This document shows, one piece after another, positions 31,105 through 45,267 of a stretch of DNA of 64,000 nt; positions within the stretch are counted from its first letter, which is position 1, and each line of letters begins with the position of its first letter. The position numbers were made by a program, and so were the translations under genes. The stretch comes from Chrysomallon squamiferum (lineage: Eukaryota; Animalia; Mollusca), in contig CM022679.1 in NCBI GenBank assembly GCA_012295275.1, positions 4,030,001 through 4,094,000 on the forward strand, in the 5' to 3' direction. The notes below the pieces were generated by a model. It saw only the letters and a list, made by a program, of their open reading frames with translations. It did no database searches and was not told the origin of the DNA.

Positions 31105-32078
31105 TTATTAACCATATTAAAATATTAACAACATGGTATTTATTCATCAAAGAGAAAGTGTACTGCAGTATTAAGATAATATGACTGATGTTAACTTACC
31201 ATGTTATGTTTTATAAGATCTCGTGCAAATGTGAATGATGGAGATGACATTTCCTGAAGTGCTTTCAACTCAGCCTGTAAAAATACAAATAACAATATAT
31301 TATTAAATAGTTTTTTTAAAAATTAAAAAAATGACTGGAATTAAAATTTAAACACAACCTAGTTTTCTCTTGCTAATCTTCAAAAAATAAATAGAAAATG
31401 TTGTTTTTAAAAATATTGTAAAATATTATTTTTTTTTTATACATTTATTTATTTTTTGTTAAAAGTTCAAAAAAAAAAAACAGATATAAATAAAATATAA
31501 AATTTCAATCATACATTTTATTTCAAATTAAAACCTCTATGGCTAAAATAAAGCATAGAGGTAGTGCAGTCACCTAATATGTGGTTGATTCAAGATCAAC
31601 TGATGTTGAAGACTCACTAAGATAATTTAATACCAAGCTAAACTCTGAGAGACATAATTCCACACAGATTAGTTATGTGCATGGTGTCAGATAAATTTCC
31701 ATTATTACCTCTGCAGCTTTTCCATTGTAAAGTCTAAAGTGATTGCAAGCCTTTAAGTTGAGAGCAATTGCACTGTCAGGATACTGCTGTAGATAAACTG
31801 CCAACACCTCCTGTAAGAAAAATACATTAAAATAAAATAAATTGTTAAATTATTCTTAGACTGTTAATCTGATGACAAATAAAAAAACTCTGGAATCCCA
31901 CATTACAGAAATTGTAAATTTAAGAAATGAACATTTCATAAGTCAATCAACAGCAGCAGAATTATGAGTGTAGTATATTCAGAATTAAGTTAAGCATCAC
32001 AAATACATGCCTTTATGGTATTGTATGTATAATATGATGCTTTCCAATGCAATTTTGTGTGCATGTGTGTGTGTGTCT

Positions 32079-32122
<44 letters not shown>

Positions 32123-35118
32123 ATGTATGACACATATTTGTGATATCATACATTTTATATCAAAAAGTACTTATGATGTAATACTTTCAATAATTAATTT
32201 TTAATTTTACCTGAGACACATCATAGTAATCCAGTTTGTAATAACACAGTGCAACATAAACATTGAGAGCCAGAAAATCCCTGAAATAACAAAGTTCAAA
32301 TATGTTTCAATGTCAAATTTTAATATTAACAGTTCTTTGGGATCAGTTTTAGTATATTATTTCTTTTTGATTTTTGTAATGAATAGTAACACTGAATATT
32401 CATATTCCCATAAAACAAAAACCTCCACCGCCCCCTTCAAAACATACTTCAATAGAAGTTCCAGTAGATATACAATAAATACAGATAATTATGTGTTTTG
32501 TTGCCTGAGAAATAACAAATCTACAAACAAATTTATGTCAACTATCTGAAATATATTAACTCTATATATATCAAACACCTATGTTATTTCATCAGTTATC
32601 TCCCTTCGACTGTTCAAGAATTTTATTTAAATGCAACAAAAATTTCAGTAATTACTGCTGCAGATATTATTGAATATTATCCTTTTTATACACAAATCAG
32701 TCAAATGAAAAATAAACTTTATTAACATGTCCAATTATCATTTGTTCTAACATATTTATATAAAAAAAAAATAAAAAATAGCTCAATCAGTAAACATCTT
32801 CCATATCCAAAAGAATACTCAAAGTATCTTGAATTAAAGATTAAAGTGTCCTAAAACATCTCTACAAAATAACACACATTTTCAATATATAAATGACATA
32901 AAAGAATATAAAACAGAAATAAAAATAAAATAAAAAATAAAAACACAATCCTAATATTTCTTCTTTTATATAAAAATATATATAAACAAAACAAAAATAT
33001 ACTAATGATGTTAAAATATACGTAAAGAAATGTACCTATTATCAAGCAGAATTCTCTTGTATATGTCAATGGCCTCCTGATAGTGACTGCGGAGGTAGTG
33101 AATGGATGCTAGTGACAGCTGATCCTCAAACACATCCTGCAGGTTCTGGTGATATGACATCAGTCGATGTTCGTCATTGAATTTGTGAGAAAGATGAAAC
33201 TCCAGTCGGTTCACCAGGCGACTTTTTGGAGCTAAAGTAAATAAAAAGTTCAATAATGCAGTATAAAAACCTAAAACAAATATCAATAAAAACTAAGAAT
33301 TATTTAACGATACCACCTGAAAATATTGATTAACATTCTGTAATAGTTTGTTGGAATATCAAGCATAATTCTGAAAAAAATGCTTCTGAAAAAATTGAAT
33401 TGTTTACATTTTCCTAGTAACAAGGTATCTTTTATATTTTTTTTTTCTCAGTTTCTGTGCAAACATGTTTGAATAATTGATGGTTTAATGTCACTTCAGT
33501 GAATTATTAGATACACAAGAAAGTATTAATAATATGAACCACCAAAGCTTCTTTTTCCATTCTGATGAAAACACTTTTCAGCATGTAAACACTGATTAAA
33601 AAAGACAGATTTCTATCATTCTGTATTAAAACTGTTTAAGTTAAATGACCTCTAACCTCTCTGGGCTGCTTTGTCTGCTTCATGATACATCCCCAGTAAA
33701 AAGTAGCAACAAGCCAGAAAAGCCCAGACATCAGGATGACAACCATCTTTCTTTGTCATTCTTTCATATTCCTTTAAAAATAATCTTAATATTAAAAATG
33801 CTGCTTGTAAGTGTGTATAAGAAACATTAAAATAATTTTAGATAAACAAATTAAAAATTAAAAAAAAAAAAAAAAAAAAAAATTAGAAAACAAAAAAAAA
33901 AAAAAGATAAAACCTGAAAATAAAAATTAAAGAATTAAAAATTAATAATAAAATAAAACAACACTGCTAAGTAAAATCTTGGATTAACTAAATATTTACA
34001 AAGAATTTTTTTTCTTATATCATTAGTCAAGATACAAAACAACAGTTATTCCCCCTAGACCATGTATAACATTCATAATTGGGAAATGCAAAAAAAATGA
34101 TAACCTATATAATGTAACAAGATTGTTAGTTTTTGCTGTACTGTTGCTTTTATACATACAGTAATACATTCAGAAGTAGTATTTCTGAAATATCCCAAAA
34201 TATGTAATATTTATTGATCCTTTCAAGGTAATGAATGTGTGAATGAATTCAATTATATATTACATCCATTGCTCTCTTGTAGTCTCCAAGATGAAAAGCA
34301 CAGTAAGCTATCCACATGTTTGTTTCTTCATTACCCTTGCCGCTGTTACGACTGAACTGAAAAGAGAGAAAAACAAATAATTTACTTTCAAAAAAAAAAA
34401 AAAAAAAAAAAGAAAATGATTTTTATTCTGAACAAAACTGAAAAATAAACATATTCTTATTTTTGAAACAAGTTTTAAATCATGCTACAGTTAAATTTAA
34501 TTAAAATTTATTAATCCCTGTTTACCAAGAAATTAGTTTGTAGGAATTGATGAAAAGAAATAATAAAGATACTAATCATTTAAATTAAAAATAAAAAAAA
34601 AAAAAAAAAAAAGAAAGAAACTATAAAGGAAAATAACAAATAATAATGTAAATAAACACAAAATGAAGAAAAAATAAAAAGGAAAAGAAAGATAAGCACG
34701 GACTGATACAATAAATAAATACTATTGAAAAACAAATAATAAACACAAATTGATGGAAAAGTAAAAGAAAGGCAAGCAAAATCCAATATAATAAAATTAC
34801 CTCCAACAGCGTTATTGCACCAGTGTAATCTCTGGCATCAAGAAAGTCATCCAACTTTGGAACTTTCTTCTTCTTCATTGGTTCCTTACCAGGTGTTGTT
34901 GCGCCAGGCCCTACTGCCGGCTTTAATCTTGAGAGCATCTATAAAAACAATTATAAAAAATGATAAGAACCATTAGAATAAAGTTTTAATTTTTACCTTG
35001 AATATTGATGTAGCACTTAACTGGGTCATAAAATATATCAACAACAACGTCCATACAAAAAAAAAGTAGAAAGTAATATAAAAAATATCAAATAATAATA
35101 ATAATAATAATAATAAAA

Positions 35119-35149
<31 letters not shown>

Positions 35150-35551
35150 TGTCAGTTGTCTGTAGCATACAAAATGAATTTGTGTACTAATTTAGCTTGT
35201 CGTATATAAATGATTTAATATAATCATACAATTTAATTTTTACAAAATTACATATACATGTATGTAGAAAAAATGGAATGTGATAAAATTAAACTGAAAA
35301 TAAGTCTGTCATCTTTTGTTTTTCATATGATTCTGTGAATGTTCAATGAATAGTTGATACTACTACAACTAGTCACTTCATATAAAATATAGCTGTCAGT
35401 AAAATGTTTACAGTCAGATTACATATTTATATTATAATCATTAAACTGGTGCAACACGATATTAGGTAGCACACGGAAATCAAACAAAACTGTATACAAA
35501 AACAAAAACCTCAATATTGACAGCTACAAGTACCATTATTACACTTACCAT
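25844..35551 (-). CDS. IFT56: Intraflagellar transport protein 56 (TTC26/DYF-13), 17 coding exons, 555 aa
   Basis: Exons in transcript order: 35549-35551 (ATG only), 34801-34938, 34264-34356, 33657-33771, 33036-33231, 32211-32280, 31709-31810, 31200-31274, 30826-30928, 30161-30270, 29802-29865, 28902-28990, 28660-28743, 28032-28101, 27171-27277, 26417-26550, 25844-25958 (TGA). The total is 1668 nt, all introns are GT-AG and phases are consistent. The translation contains hallmark TTC26 peptides: [143 protein letters not shown]. Confidence 0.96.
26529..26925. repeat. Tandem repeat (about 48-63 bp unit, about 7-8 copies) built from the IFT56 exon 16 acceptor plus the first about 22 exon nucleotides
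   Basis: The unit CA(G/A)CATAATAAAACTGTCCCATCTAAATATACAAAAATATTTTATATA starts at 26529, 26577, 26626, 26676, 26739 and 26791, then decays at about 26841 and about 26905. The first copy overlaps the real exon. Confidence 0.9.
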
Positions 35552-35820
35552 CTTGAAAGATCGTTATATTGGTAATTTCTGTATTGAATCAATTTGTTAA
35601 GTTTGTCTTTATGAGTTAATTTGAAATAAAAAAAATTACGGTTGTCACACAACCGATAAATTTGTTGTGAGTGCTTGCGGAATGTTTCATCTACGCATGC
35701 GCCGGTAAAGACGTCTGCAAAATATCTTGAGCTGGTTGTTTCCTCCATAATAAACGTCGAATCATTCAACAATTTGTTAATTTTATTGTTGCTAAATACA
35801 GTTATTGCTATAGAACATAA
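35552..35820 (-). promoter_or_regulatory. Probable IFT56 5'UTR/promoter region
   Basis: Lies immediately upstream of the ATG-only exon. CpG dinucleotides reappear here after the CpG-poor gene body. Weak RFX half-site-like GTTGCTAAATAC (35788-35799) and TTGCTATAGAAC (35805-35816) are present. The TSS cannot be determined. Confidence 0.4.
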
Positions 35821-36082
35821 GTTCGTTTAAATTAAAATAAAATTAGATTTTAAATACATTTACTGTTGGCTAAAGATTTGAACAACGCACTAATGTGAGA
35901 TTCGAATATATATTTTGTAGATCAATACTAAAAATTATTCGGACATCTATTTTCTTCGTTTTAAAAATATTAACATTATTAATTATAAATTATTTGAGAT
36001 TTTAATATTTTAATCTATAGCCTGAGTATAATTTAAATTTGCGATTTTTTTAAAATTACTTTTTCAAAGATAGCTAATTCTT

Positions 36083-36085
<3 letters not shown>

Positions 36086-36171
<86 letters not shown>
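36086..36171. repeat. (CT)n microsatellite
   Basis: Directly visible. Confidence 0.95.
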
Positions 36172-36173
<2 letters not shown>

Positions 36174-36544
36174 GTTATCAAATATGATTACTATTTTCAC
36201 ATAATAATACTTAACCCATTTCTATCAAATCCTACGGAGTTCGTTGGCCATTTGCTTGCTTTTCGTTTTTCGATCGAATGAACCCCGTACACAGACTGAA
36301 TAGTAAGATAATTTCATAAACGACATGTATCTTCCAGATCCAAGCAAGAGATAAAAAACTCAATTTTAGTTATCTGAACATTAAGGCGACAAATCCATAA
36401 AATGAAATTGGCAAACGCACGAACTCATTTTGGTTTATTTATGACTGGATTTATATATAGTTTAATTACGTAGACATCTCTATCAGATTAATAAAAGTCA
36501 AAATGTCATAGTTAACAAAAATTTGTATGATGTTTCGCTTTAAT

Positions 36545-36548
<4 letters not shown>

Positions 36549-36635
<87 letters not shown>
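36549..36635. repeat. (GA)n microsatellite
   Basis: Directly visible. Confidence 0.95.
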
Positions 36636-36639
<4 letters not shown>

Positions 36640-36711
36640 GATTGGTTTAAAATAGTAGTGACCAGGAAATAACAACGTTTACATCATGATAATAAAATAT
36701 TCTTTCTCTTT

Positions 36712-36762
<51 letters not shown>

Positions 36763-36877
36763 AACAACAAAAAACAAAAAAAAAATACAACAACAAAAAA
36801 CAACAACAACAAACAAACAAACGCTAAACAACAACTACAGCAAAAACAAACAAGTCAAACAAACTCACTGTCCTCCA

Positions 36878-36911
<34 letters not shown>

Positions 36912-37758
36912 CGGCTAACACTTAGGATCTTCTCCCGATATAAAATAGTGTAAAAGGAAAATCAACAGTGTTTTCCACACAACATTAACTTCTTTGCACT
37001 CCAGTGATCATCTTCGTAAGATCCATTAAAGAAAATTGTCCCCTGATTACATGATGCTGGGTCATATAAAACAGCCATTTCAGCTAGGAGAAAGAAACAG
37101 AGAAACAAAAAACAAAAAAAAAATGTGACAGAATAGTAAACGAGTAAGAAAATAAAAAAGTAGCAGTAAAACAATTTCACGAAGAAAAAAGTAAAATGAC
37201 AACAAATCAAGAAAAAAACACAACAAGCAAAAGAAGATGAAGAAAAAACAACAAGCAAGGACAAATCGAAAACAAAATAAATAAATGTAATAAAAAAAAA
37301 TAACACTCTTTCCTAAAACATTATGAAGATCGAATTAAAAAAATAAAAAATACTCAGTTTGAAATTGATATCTTTATCATAAAACTCGCAATGCTTTAAA
37401 AATAAATTTCATTATAAATTATCATGTTTATATATTTAAATACAAACTATAGTAATGAATGACTTTAATTTTAAATTACTTATCTGGTAAACTTTCTAAA
37501 ATGCTTTTAAGTATAAGTTATACGAATATTTAAATTTCTATTAGTTTTATTATTATTATTATTATTTTTTTAAAGATGTAAGATTTAAACAAATGATTAT
37601 TTTAGCAGTACAGGAAAAACAGATTACTAAATATTACTTATTATTTACGTACGAAATATTTCATTTGACTCCAGCAGTAAACAAATATAAATAAATAAAT
37701 AATAATATAATTATTATGAAATGCAACAGTCGTTCTAATAATGAAGATGAAGATGACG

Positions 37759-37789
<31 letters not shown>

Positions 37790-39148
37790 TAATAATAATA
37801 TAGAAAACATTAGTAAAAAAACAAACAAAAAAAACCCAAAACCCAACAACAAACAAACAAGAAAAAAAAATTAAATTATATAAACTATAATAATAAAACA
37901 AAGTCTTGCAAACCAAAACTGAGGAAGACTCAAATACAAATAATAAATAAAAACGTCTTTCATTGAAACAAACTCCCCACAAACAAAAAAAATAAACAAT
38001 CAAACAAAAACAATCCTCTCACAAAACACACTCACTCACACATACAAACACACACATACACCAAAAAAAAAAAAAAAAAAAAAAAAAAATGACGGAGGAA
38101 GAAGAAAAAAGAAAAGAAAGAAAAACGTGGACTCAGTATTAATGATGAGCACGGTGACGTCTATGACATCAACATTTTCAGTAGAAAGACAACCAGTGTA
38201 CATCAGTAAGACGACGAAAATCCTGCATCTTACAGCTAAATAGCCACTAAGATCGAAATCCTTCTACACGACATTCATTTCTGAAGGCAGACTAATAACT
38301 TTCTAGACAAACTATTGTAATAACTCAAGAGAATAATATCCCAGCATTCTCAATTCTTTACACTTTTATATCGTTATCGTCGTCTGCAGAATTGGGTCCA
38401 TTAAGAAAGATAAACAAAACCAATTTTAGATGCATGCCTGCAGTTAAATCTGACAGACGTAGGGACGTTCACGAAATTACCTTTATGTCGAAAATGTATT
38501 GGAGACAAATAATAGTATGACAGATGCATTCGGGAATACAGACATAACAGAGACAATAGCAACTGTAACCAACTGCCCTTACGTTTAGGTAGGTTGGGAA
38601 ATAATGAAACTTCGATCGAGAAAAGAGACTTGAAAAGATATAACAGTGCTTCAAGCTGGATAAGACAATACAATAGATAATCCGCAAAAGCGTGCAGAAG
38701 AACTAGAACGAATAACATTTATGTTTCAGCTGGATTGAAGAAAGAAAGAGTTTAATGCAAAACAACAACAACAATAACAACAACAAACGAAAGAAAAGAA
38801 GAAAAAAGACATTTGTTTCCTTATATCTAAACTGTTTTGAAAAGACAATTCCACAATATTTTGACGAACAGAGAATATTGAACAAAGAAGAAACAAATTA
38901 ATATACATATTTTGCTGTTGATACATCAGAAATTCGTTATATTTAAAAAGGACAGTCTTATATAGAAGTGATCAGTAATAGAAATTTGCATACGAATTTA
39001 ACTTCGAGAGATGCAGCGTTTGGAAGAAGACAATATAGAGATTTATACCAAAATTGTGCTTTCCAACATTATTAAATATTATCAACATAACCGTTTGAAC
39101 ATTTCGTCTACTGATTATTAAACAGTATAATATAAACATATATGTAGA

Positions 39149-39190
<42 letters not shown>

Positions 39191-40560
39191 TAATTAATTA
39201 ATTAATTAATTAATTAATATCAGAAATATTATTAAATAAATAAATAAATATATATATTTATTTTTTTATCATTAAGAACAGGTTAGGTTCACAGTAAGCT
39301 GTTTGACCAGATTTATACTCTAGTTTCAAAATTAATAAAATAAAGCCAAAACAAATTAATTATACTCAATGAATAAAACAGAAATAAAATCATTACTGTT
39401 AAATTTCTCAGAAGCTAAAGAGGGAGTAAATGAAGTGTGATAATTCCACTAATCTCAATACTGCTCTTCATCTCGCTTAAATAACGAAATCGTTAAAAGA
39501 TTCATTATTGAAATTCTTAAACAGTCACCGCGGTTGACTTTTTTTTTTTTTTTCCTTAATCTTTTTGAGCTGTAAAGAATTTGAGTGTAGAAAAAAACTA
39601 GTTATCGGGATCCAGTGATTACTGTCTCTATTTATGCAGATTGCTTGTCGAAGGATGAAATTAATGGGCAAACGATGAGCACATTTTGAAACAGTGCTAC
39701 GAGACCATTTCTCAAAGAAGATAAGGGCGCCCTCTTTCCCATTAGGCCAGCGTTATCTGTACACTTCCATCAGCGAAAATTAAATATTAGTCTCGATGTG
39801 ACTGAAGAAGAAGTAATGGCGAAACGATCAACGTAAACATCTCTTATATTACATTTATAGTTTGATCACCAACAAAGCACTGATCTGTTCGGGACGAGAT
39901 TAGTAAAGCGCCCTCTATCGTCGCACGGCCACACGTTCTCTGGCGCAGTTAACAATGATCTAAGGAGTAAGGAATAGATTTTATTTTATTTTTTAAATCG
40001 CCATTGCCCGATAAGGTCACACGATTTTCAACATTTCGCTTTCATAATGGCGCAAGCTTTTGAAATATGTAGCAACCTCGGGCATATGAGTTATTGATCA
40101 AAAGTACGAGGAAGGGTTTCTAATTGGCTCTTCTTTTCATTATCATCACGAGTCTGTATAGACACGTGCCAGACTTAAAAATAGAATCGTCAAAATAACT
40201 CAGCCGACTTGCACGGCGAAGACAAGTTGAACAATTACCTAAATTTCATAAGCACTTTACGAAGTGTTTGTGCTGTCTGTGTAACGTACATCTGACATTT
40301 GTTAAAACCAGTTTGCCAAGCAAACATTGTATCTTGACTTTAAAATATCCAAACACTTTTTAAACATATTTTTTTTCTTTGATTTTTTCTTTCTTTCTTT
40401 CTTTCTTTCGTTCGTTCTTTCTTTTCGGATTTTGTTGCTTCCTTCATTTAAATTAAAATTTTAAGTTATATATAAAAAAGATATTCGTTGTATTCGTAAC
40501 ATATAAGATATTATCTTTTAGGAAGAGTCAAGAAAAATGTAGTGTATGAAATTTGACACG

Positions 40561-40644
<84 letters not shown>

Positions 40645-40772
40645 AACACACAATACAAATGTTAATACATTCTATAAAGAATACAAAAAACAACAACAAA
40701 ACAAACGCAGTCCTAACATCAGTAATATCATCATTTGCACTGGAAATGTAACAGATTTAATTTTCTTCTTGA

Positions 40773-40804
<32 letters not shown>

Positions 40805-41668
40805 CCGAAATACTATATATATATATATATAAACACACCAGTACTTCAAACCACTCAAACGTAATTAAATATCATAAAATTTCTTTATTTTTATGAATAA
40901 CCGAATTTTTTTTTTTACGTGGTATTTTAATTTCCCAGGCTGTCGAAACATCAAACACAAAGTGTGGCTCGGATTTATCTTCTGTGACAATCTGACGGCA
41001 TGTTTGACCTCGTATAAAGTTTATGCCAACATTAATCACGCTAAAACTATCTGCATATATACTAATTGTGAAGCTAAAGACGACCCGGTTGCAAATTCAA
41101 AGCGTTTATAATCACTGAAAAAAATCAATCACTTCATGATGAACGCTATAAATAACGAAATGGAATCGCTGTGCTTTCGACGGCTTTATCTTGATGGAAA
41201 ATTCTTTTTTGATAGCGATTCTAGTTCCTCGGGGGTAAACTATTTAATTTGACTGCTTGGGTCATACGCCAATTGCACTTTTCAGTAAACATTTGCAATT
41301 GTGTCTGTGGGTTTTTGTACGAATTAAGGGTATTAAATCTGGCGCTAGGCGATTTGTCAAGTTACCGGCCATTTTTTTTTTTTTTTTTTTTTTCGGGGAA
41401 TGGCGGAATGGACGCGAAGAGCCTTTCTCGCCGCTGTGAGAATTTACGAGATCTCGTCGTAATGAACATTAGCTTTATACTTTATTTACCAAAACTGGCG
41501 TACCCAAGGCGTCGGCGATCAATGCGAGAATAAATTTGTAATCACCGAACCAACTGACACAAAATTGGCTTGGATATTTACACAGGGGTGTTTGCTGAAG
41601 ATTCTTTTAAAATTGGTTTTGTAATTACAAAGGCGATCTAGCTAGACAGGATCGAACTTGAAAACTTT

Positions 41669-41699
<31 letters not shown>

Positions 41700-43997
41700 G
41701 TTGTTGTTTTCTTTCTAAAAGGTTCTTGGTGTTATTACTTTTAAGGAAGAAGAAGAAGAAGAAGAAGATAATACTAAGACAATGAATAGCAATAATTAAT
41801 AGTAATAACTACCGTGACAGTAACACACAATATGAAACATCCATCAGCATCAATATTATAAATAATAAAATAATGTACGACTACTACTTCATCTACCTCG
41901 ACTACAACAATAACAACAACTACTACTACTACAACTACTACTACTACTACTACTAATAATAATAATAACAATAATAATAATATAATGATGACGATTATTA
42001 TGATAATAATGATAATGATAATCTGATGATTATAATTATTATGATTTCGATAACAATTCAAACTGTGCAATAAATTTGCAAAGCTAATCTTGGACTGATA
42101 TTTTTAAACATTAAACACAGTTTGATTATGACTAAATGAAAAGTTTTACACATTTTCGTCTTAGTATTATAATAAAGAAGAAAACAAAAACAACAGCAGT
42201 GTAATTAGAAAAGACAAGAAGATAAAATGGAAGTAAATATCGAAACAACAACGGAACAAAGAGCATTAGAGATATTGTCGCCACTCAGTTTTCACCTCCA
42301 TTATCATGAACCTCGTTAACACTTTCCCACAGGAACAGAATATTCTTCAGATCTTAAACAGCGAGAATAAAATACACTATTTAGTATGTCTACCTACTCT
42401 GCCAGTCAACTGGACGCTATAAATGTTATTTACTCTGTGGAAAAGTCAAAATTAAGTGACGCTATCCATTCTCACGGTGTAATAAACCCAACAGGCACGT
42501 CTTGCATCATGACGTCTTTGATTGCAAAAATTTGACATTTTGTGAATGAGAATCGTCTCTGATTGAGTCGGAATGGTCTTTCTGGACGGCTGGAACCAAG
42601 ACGCGGGTCAAAGCTGTTTGTCTGTTTGGTGTACCTTGTGAATACTGAAGGAGATATTCATACCGGTCAAGACTCCTTCGTCCGCTGATTGTCTTCAGTG
42701 TTGAAACTCGCCCAGCATACAGAGTGGCTTTACGATGAACATTTATCATTCATTTATTGTCATTGTATTACTTAAATACGTGGCTGTCTCACGCTCGTGA
42801 ATTTCGGACATGATGTATGCTGGGTTAATGTTATGTGATGGGGTTAATCAAATTTACTAAATGTATAATTACTGTGAAGGAAAAAGAACCACCACCTCCC
42901 CCAAGAAGAGAGAGAGTGAGAGTACAGCACACTTCTCTGAAAGAAAGAAAGAAAAAAAAAATTGAAAATAAACCAGCAGCTGTAATAATTGTTGAATAGC
43001 TGTGAACATAATATGTTTATTTTAAAAACCAATAACAATAAATAAATAAAATATTTAAATAAATCAATAAATAACGAAAATAATGTTGATGATTGTGATA
43101 ATAATAACAACAATAATAATAATAATAATTATTATTATTATGATGATGATAATGACAATAATAAATAAATAAATAAATTAATTAATTAATAAAGAAAGGA
43201 AAAAGAAAGGAAAGAAAGATGAAAGACAGAACAAAATCAAATCAAAATACACACCTGTACATTCCAACCACTCTCCCATCCATCCACCCCCCCACACATA
43301 CATCACAGCACATACGTACAAGACGACCCCCCACCACAAACACAATACCACATCCGTTTTTTTAAAACAGAAATTCTCAACCACAGAGAATTTGACACGG
43401 AAACATATAAGATACATACATCAAGACGGGAGAAAACATCTTGGAAATAGGCCTGTCATAGTTTAATCAACCCCACCAGCCTAACTGCGAATAAGATTAT
43501 TTGTACTAGCGAAACATCACATAAAACTCCAGATCTCATCGCTGTGAATGTACGTCTGGTCGAAGAAAAAGCAATTTGTGTAATAAAACTGTGATTTACA
43601 TCGTATAAACTTCATAACTAGCCTGACAATTTATCTCTGAACAGACAGGTCCCCAAACAAGACAGCATATACAATTTTTTTTAGTTTTTAATGTTAGGGT
43701 AAAATGCAGCGCTACTCATGCCGTTAATGTATCTTCTTTAAATAGTAAAAAAATAATGCTTTTTTTTATTACTGAACAAGATAGGTTTTCAGTATTTAAT
43801 AAGATAATTATAATCCTGATACTTAAAAATATATATTTGTATTACGAGTACAGCATGTTTAGTAATAACAAAATATCTATTTAAATTGTGCCTGGAGTTT
43901 TTATTGTTATTATTTTCCTACATAAAATCTTATATTCACATATTCTGCATATAGTATCTTTAACACTACAATAAAACCGAATTAATATAGAATATAA

Positions 43998-44028
<31 letters not shown>

Positions 44029-44502
44029 CTCAAACATTGGAATGCATTTTCATGAACGCTATAAAGTATATCTTCTAAAGAACGTGTAATATATCATCTT
44101 AGTACTAAATTATTTTCTTCTAAATTATTAAATATTAAAAAAATATATCTTTAATAGTAAAGATGAACAAAATACATCTACTTCAACAAAAGACGACAGA
44201 GGAATAAATCGTGTTAAATGCAGAAGAAATTAGTTTATGTTACAGTATGTTTTTTTTCAGTAGAGATGGAACAGGGCTGAGGTTTTGTGGATAGAAGGAA
44301 CAATTATTTCGATGCTGACATTGCGCTGTTACCTTTTGCAGATTTGTGCAATACAACTTTAACATACGCTTTCTTTTCTTAGTTTTCTCAGTGGGATCAG
44401 TGTGCAAATGTCAGGGGTTTATTTAATTTTAATAAGAACAGCAGAAGACTGTTGTAAAGATAAATAAGGAATGTTATATTTTCAATTCTGGTTCATTGAA
44501 AA

Positions 44503-44555
<53 letters not shown>

Positions 44556-45003
44556 AAATAAAAAATAAAATATGTGTGTGTGTGTGTGTGTGTGTATGTG
44601 TGTGTGTGTGTGGTTTTATACCTGCAGAAAAAAGTAAAAATGTGAAAGAATAGTTGAAGTAGATAGATAGTGTGTATTTTTTTTTTATTATTATAAATCA
44701 TGTCAGTATTATTTATGTAAACAAAAGTTAATAGAATCAGCATTTGGGGTTTCGTCCACATACGCAGTAAGCAGTTGGGATTTTGTAATCGTACTCTTAC
44801 ATACATGCAGGCATATATACGTACATAAATATATACCTTTACACACACATACATTGTACATACCTTGATACACATTCAAGCATGCATACATGCATATACA
44901 CGCACTTACGTACATAGAGACCCATGCATACACATGTTTATACATATTCGTACATATTTTCTGGCATGTATTTGAAAATAAGCACGTGTGCGTGCGTGCG
45001 TGC

Positions 45004-45087
<84 letters not shown>

Positions 45088-45267
45088 GAGAGATAATGTA
45101 CACACAAACAACCGATTTCTGATAAATAAAAACAAAAAACAAAACACGGTTAATAAAAAAGATTTTTTAATTATATAATGGAACCCATTGAACAACACAG
45201 TACTCAACTGTGCTAGTAATACACATAAACATATGCATACATCACTAGATATTGTGCTAACATGAAG

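Noticed and set aside
36086-36635. (CT)n and (GA)n tracts forming an inverted pair (also 57128-60723)
   Set aside because: Such tracts are so abundant here that inverted pairs are expected by chance.
42507-42749. Complex-looking 80-aa ORF
   Set aside because: No recognisable domain or convincing splice sites linking it to other exons.
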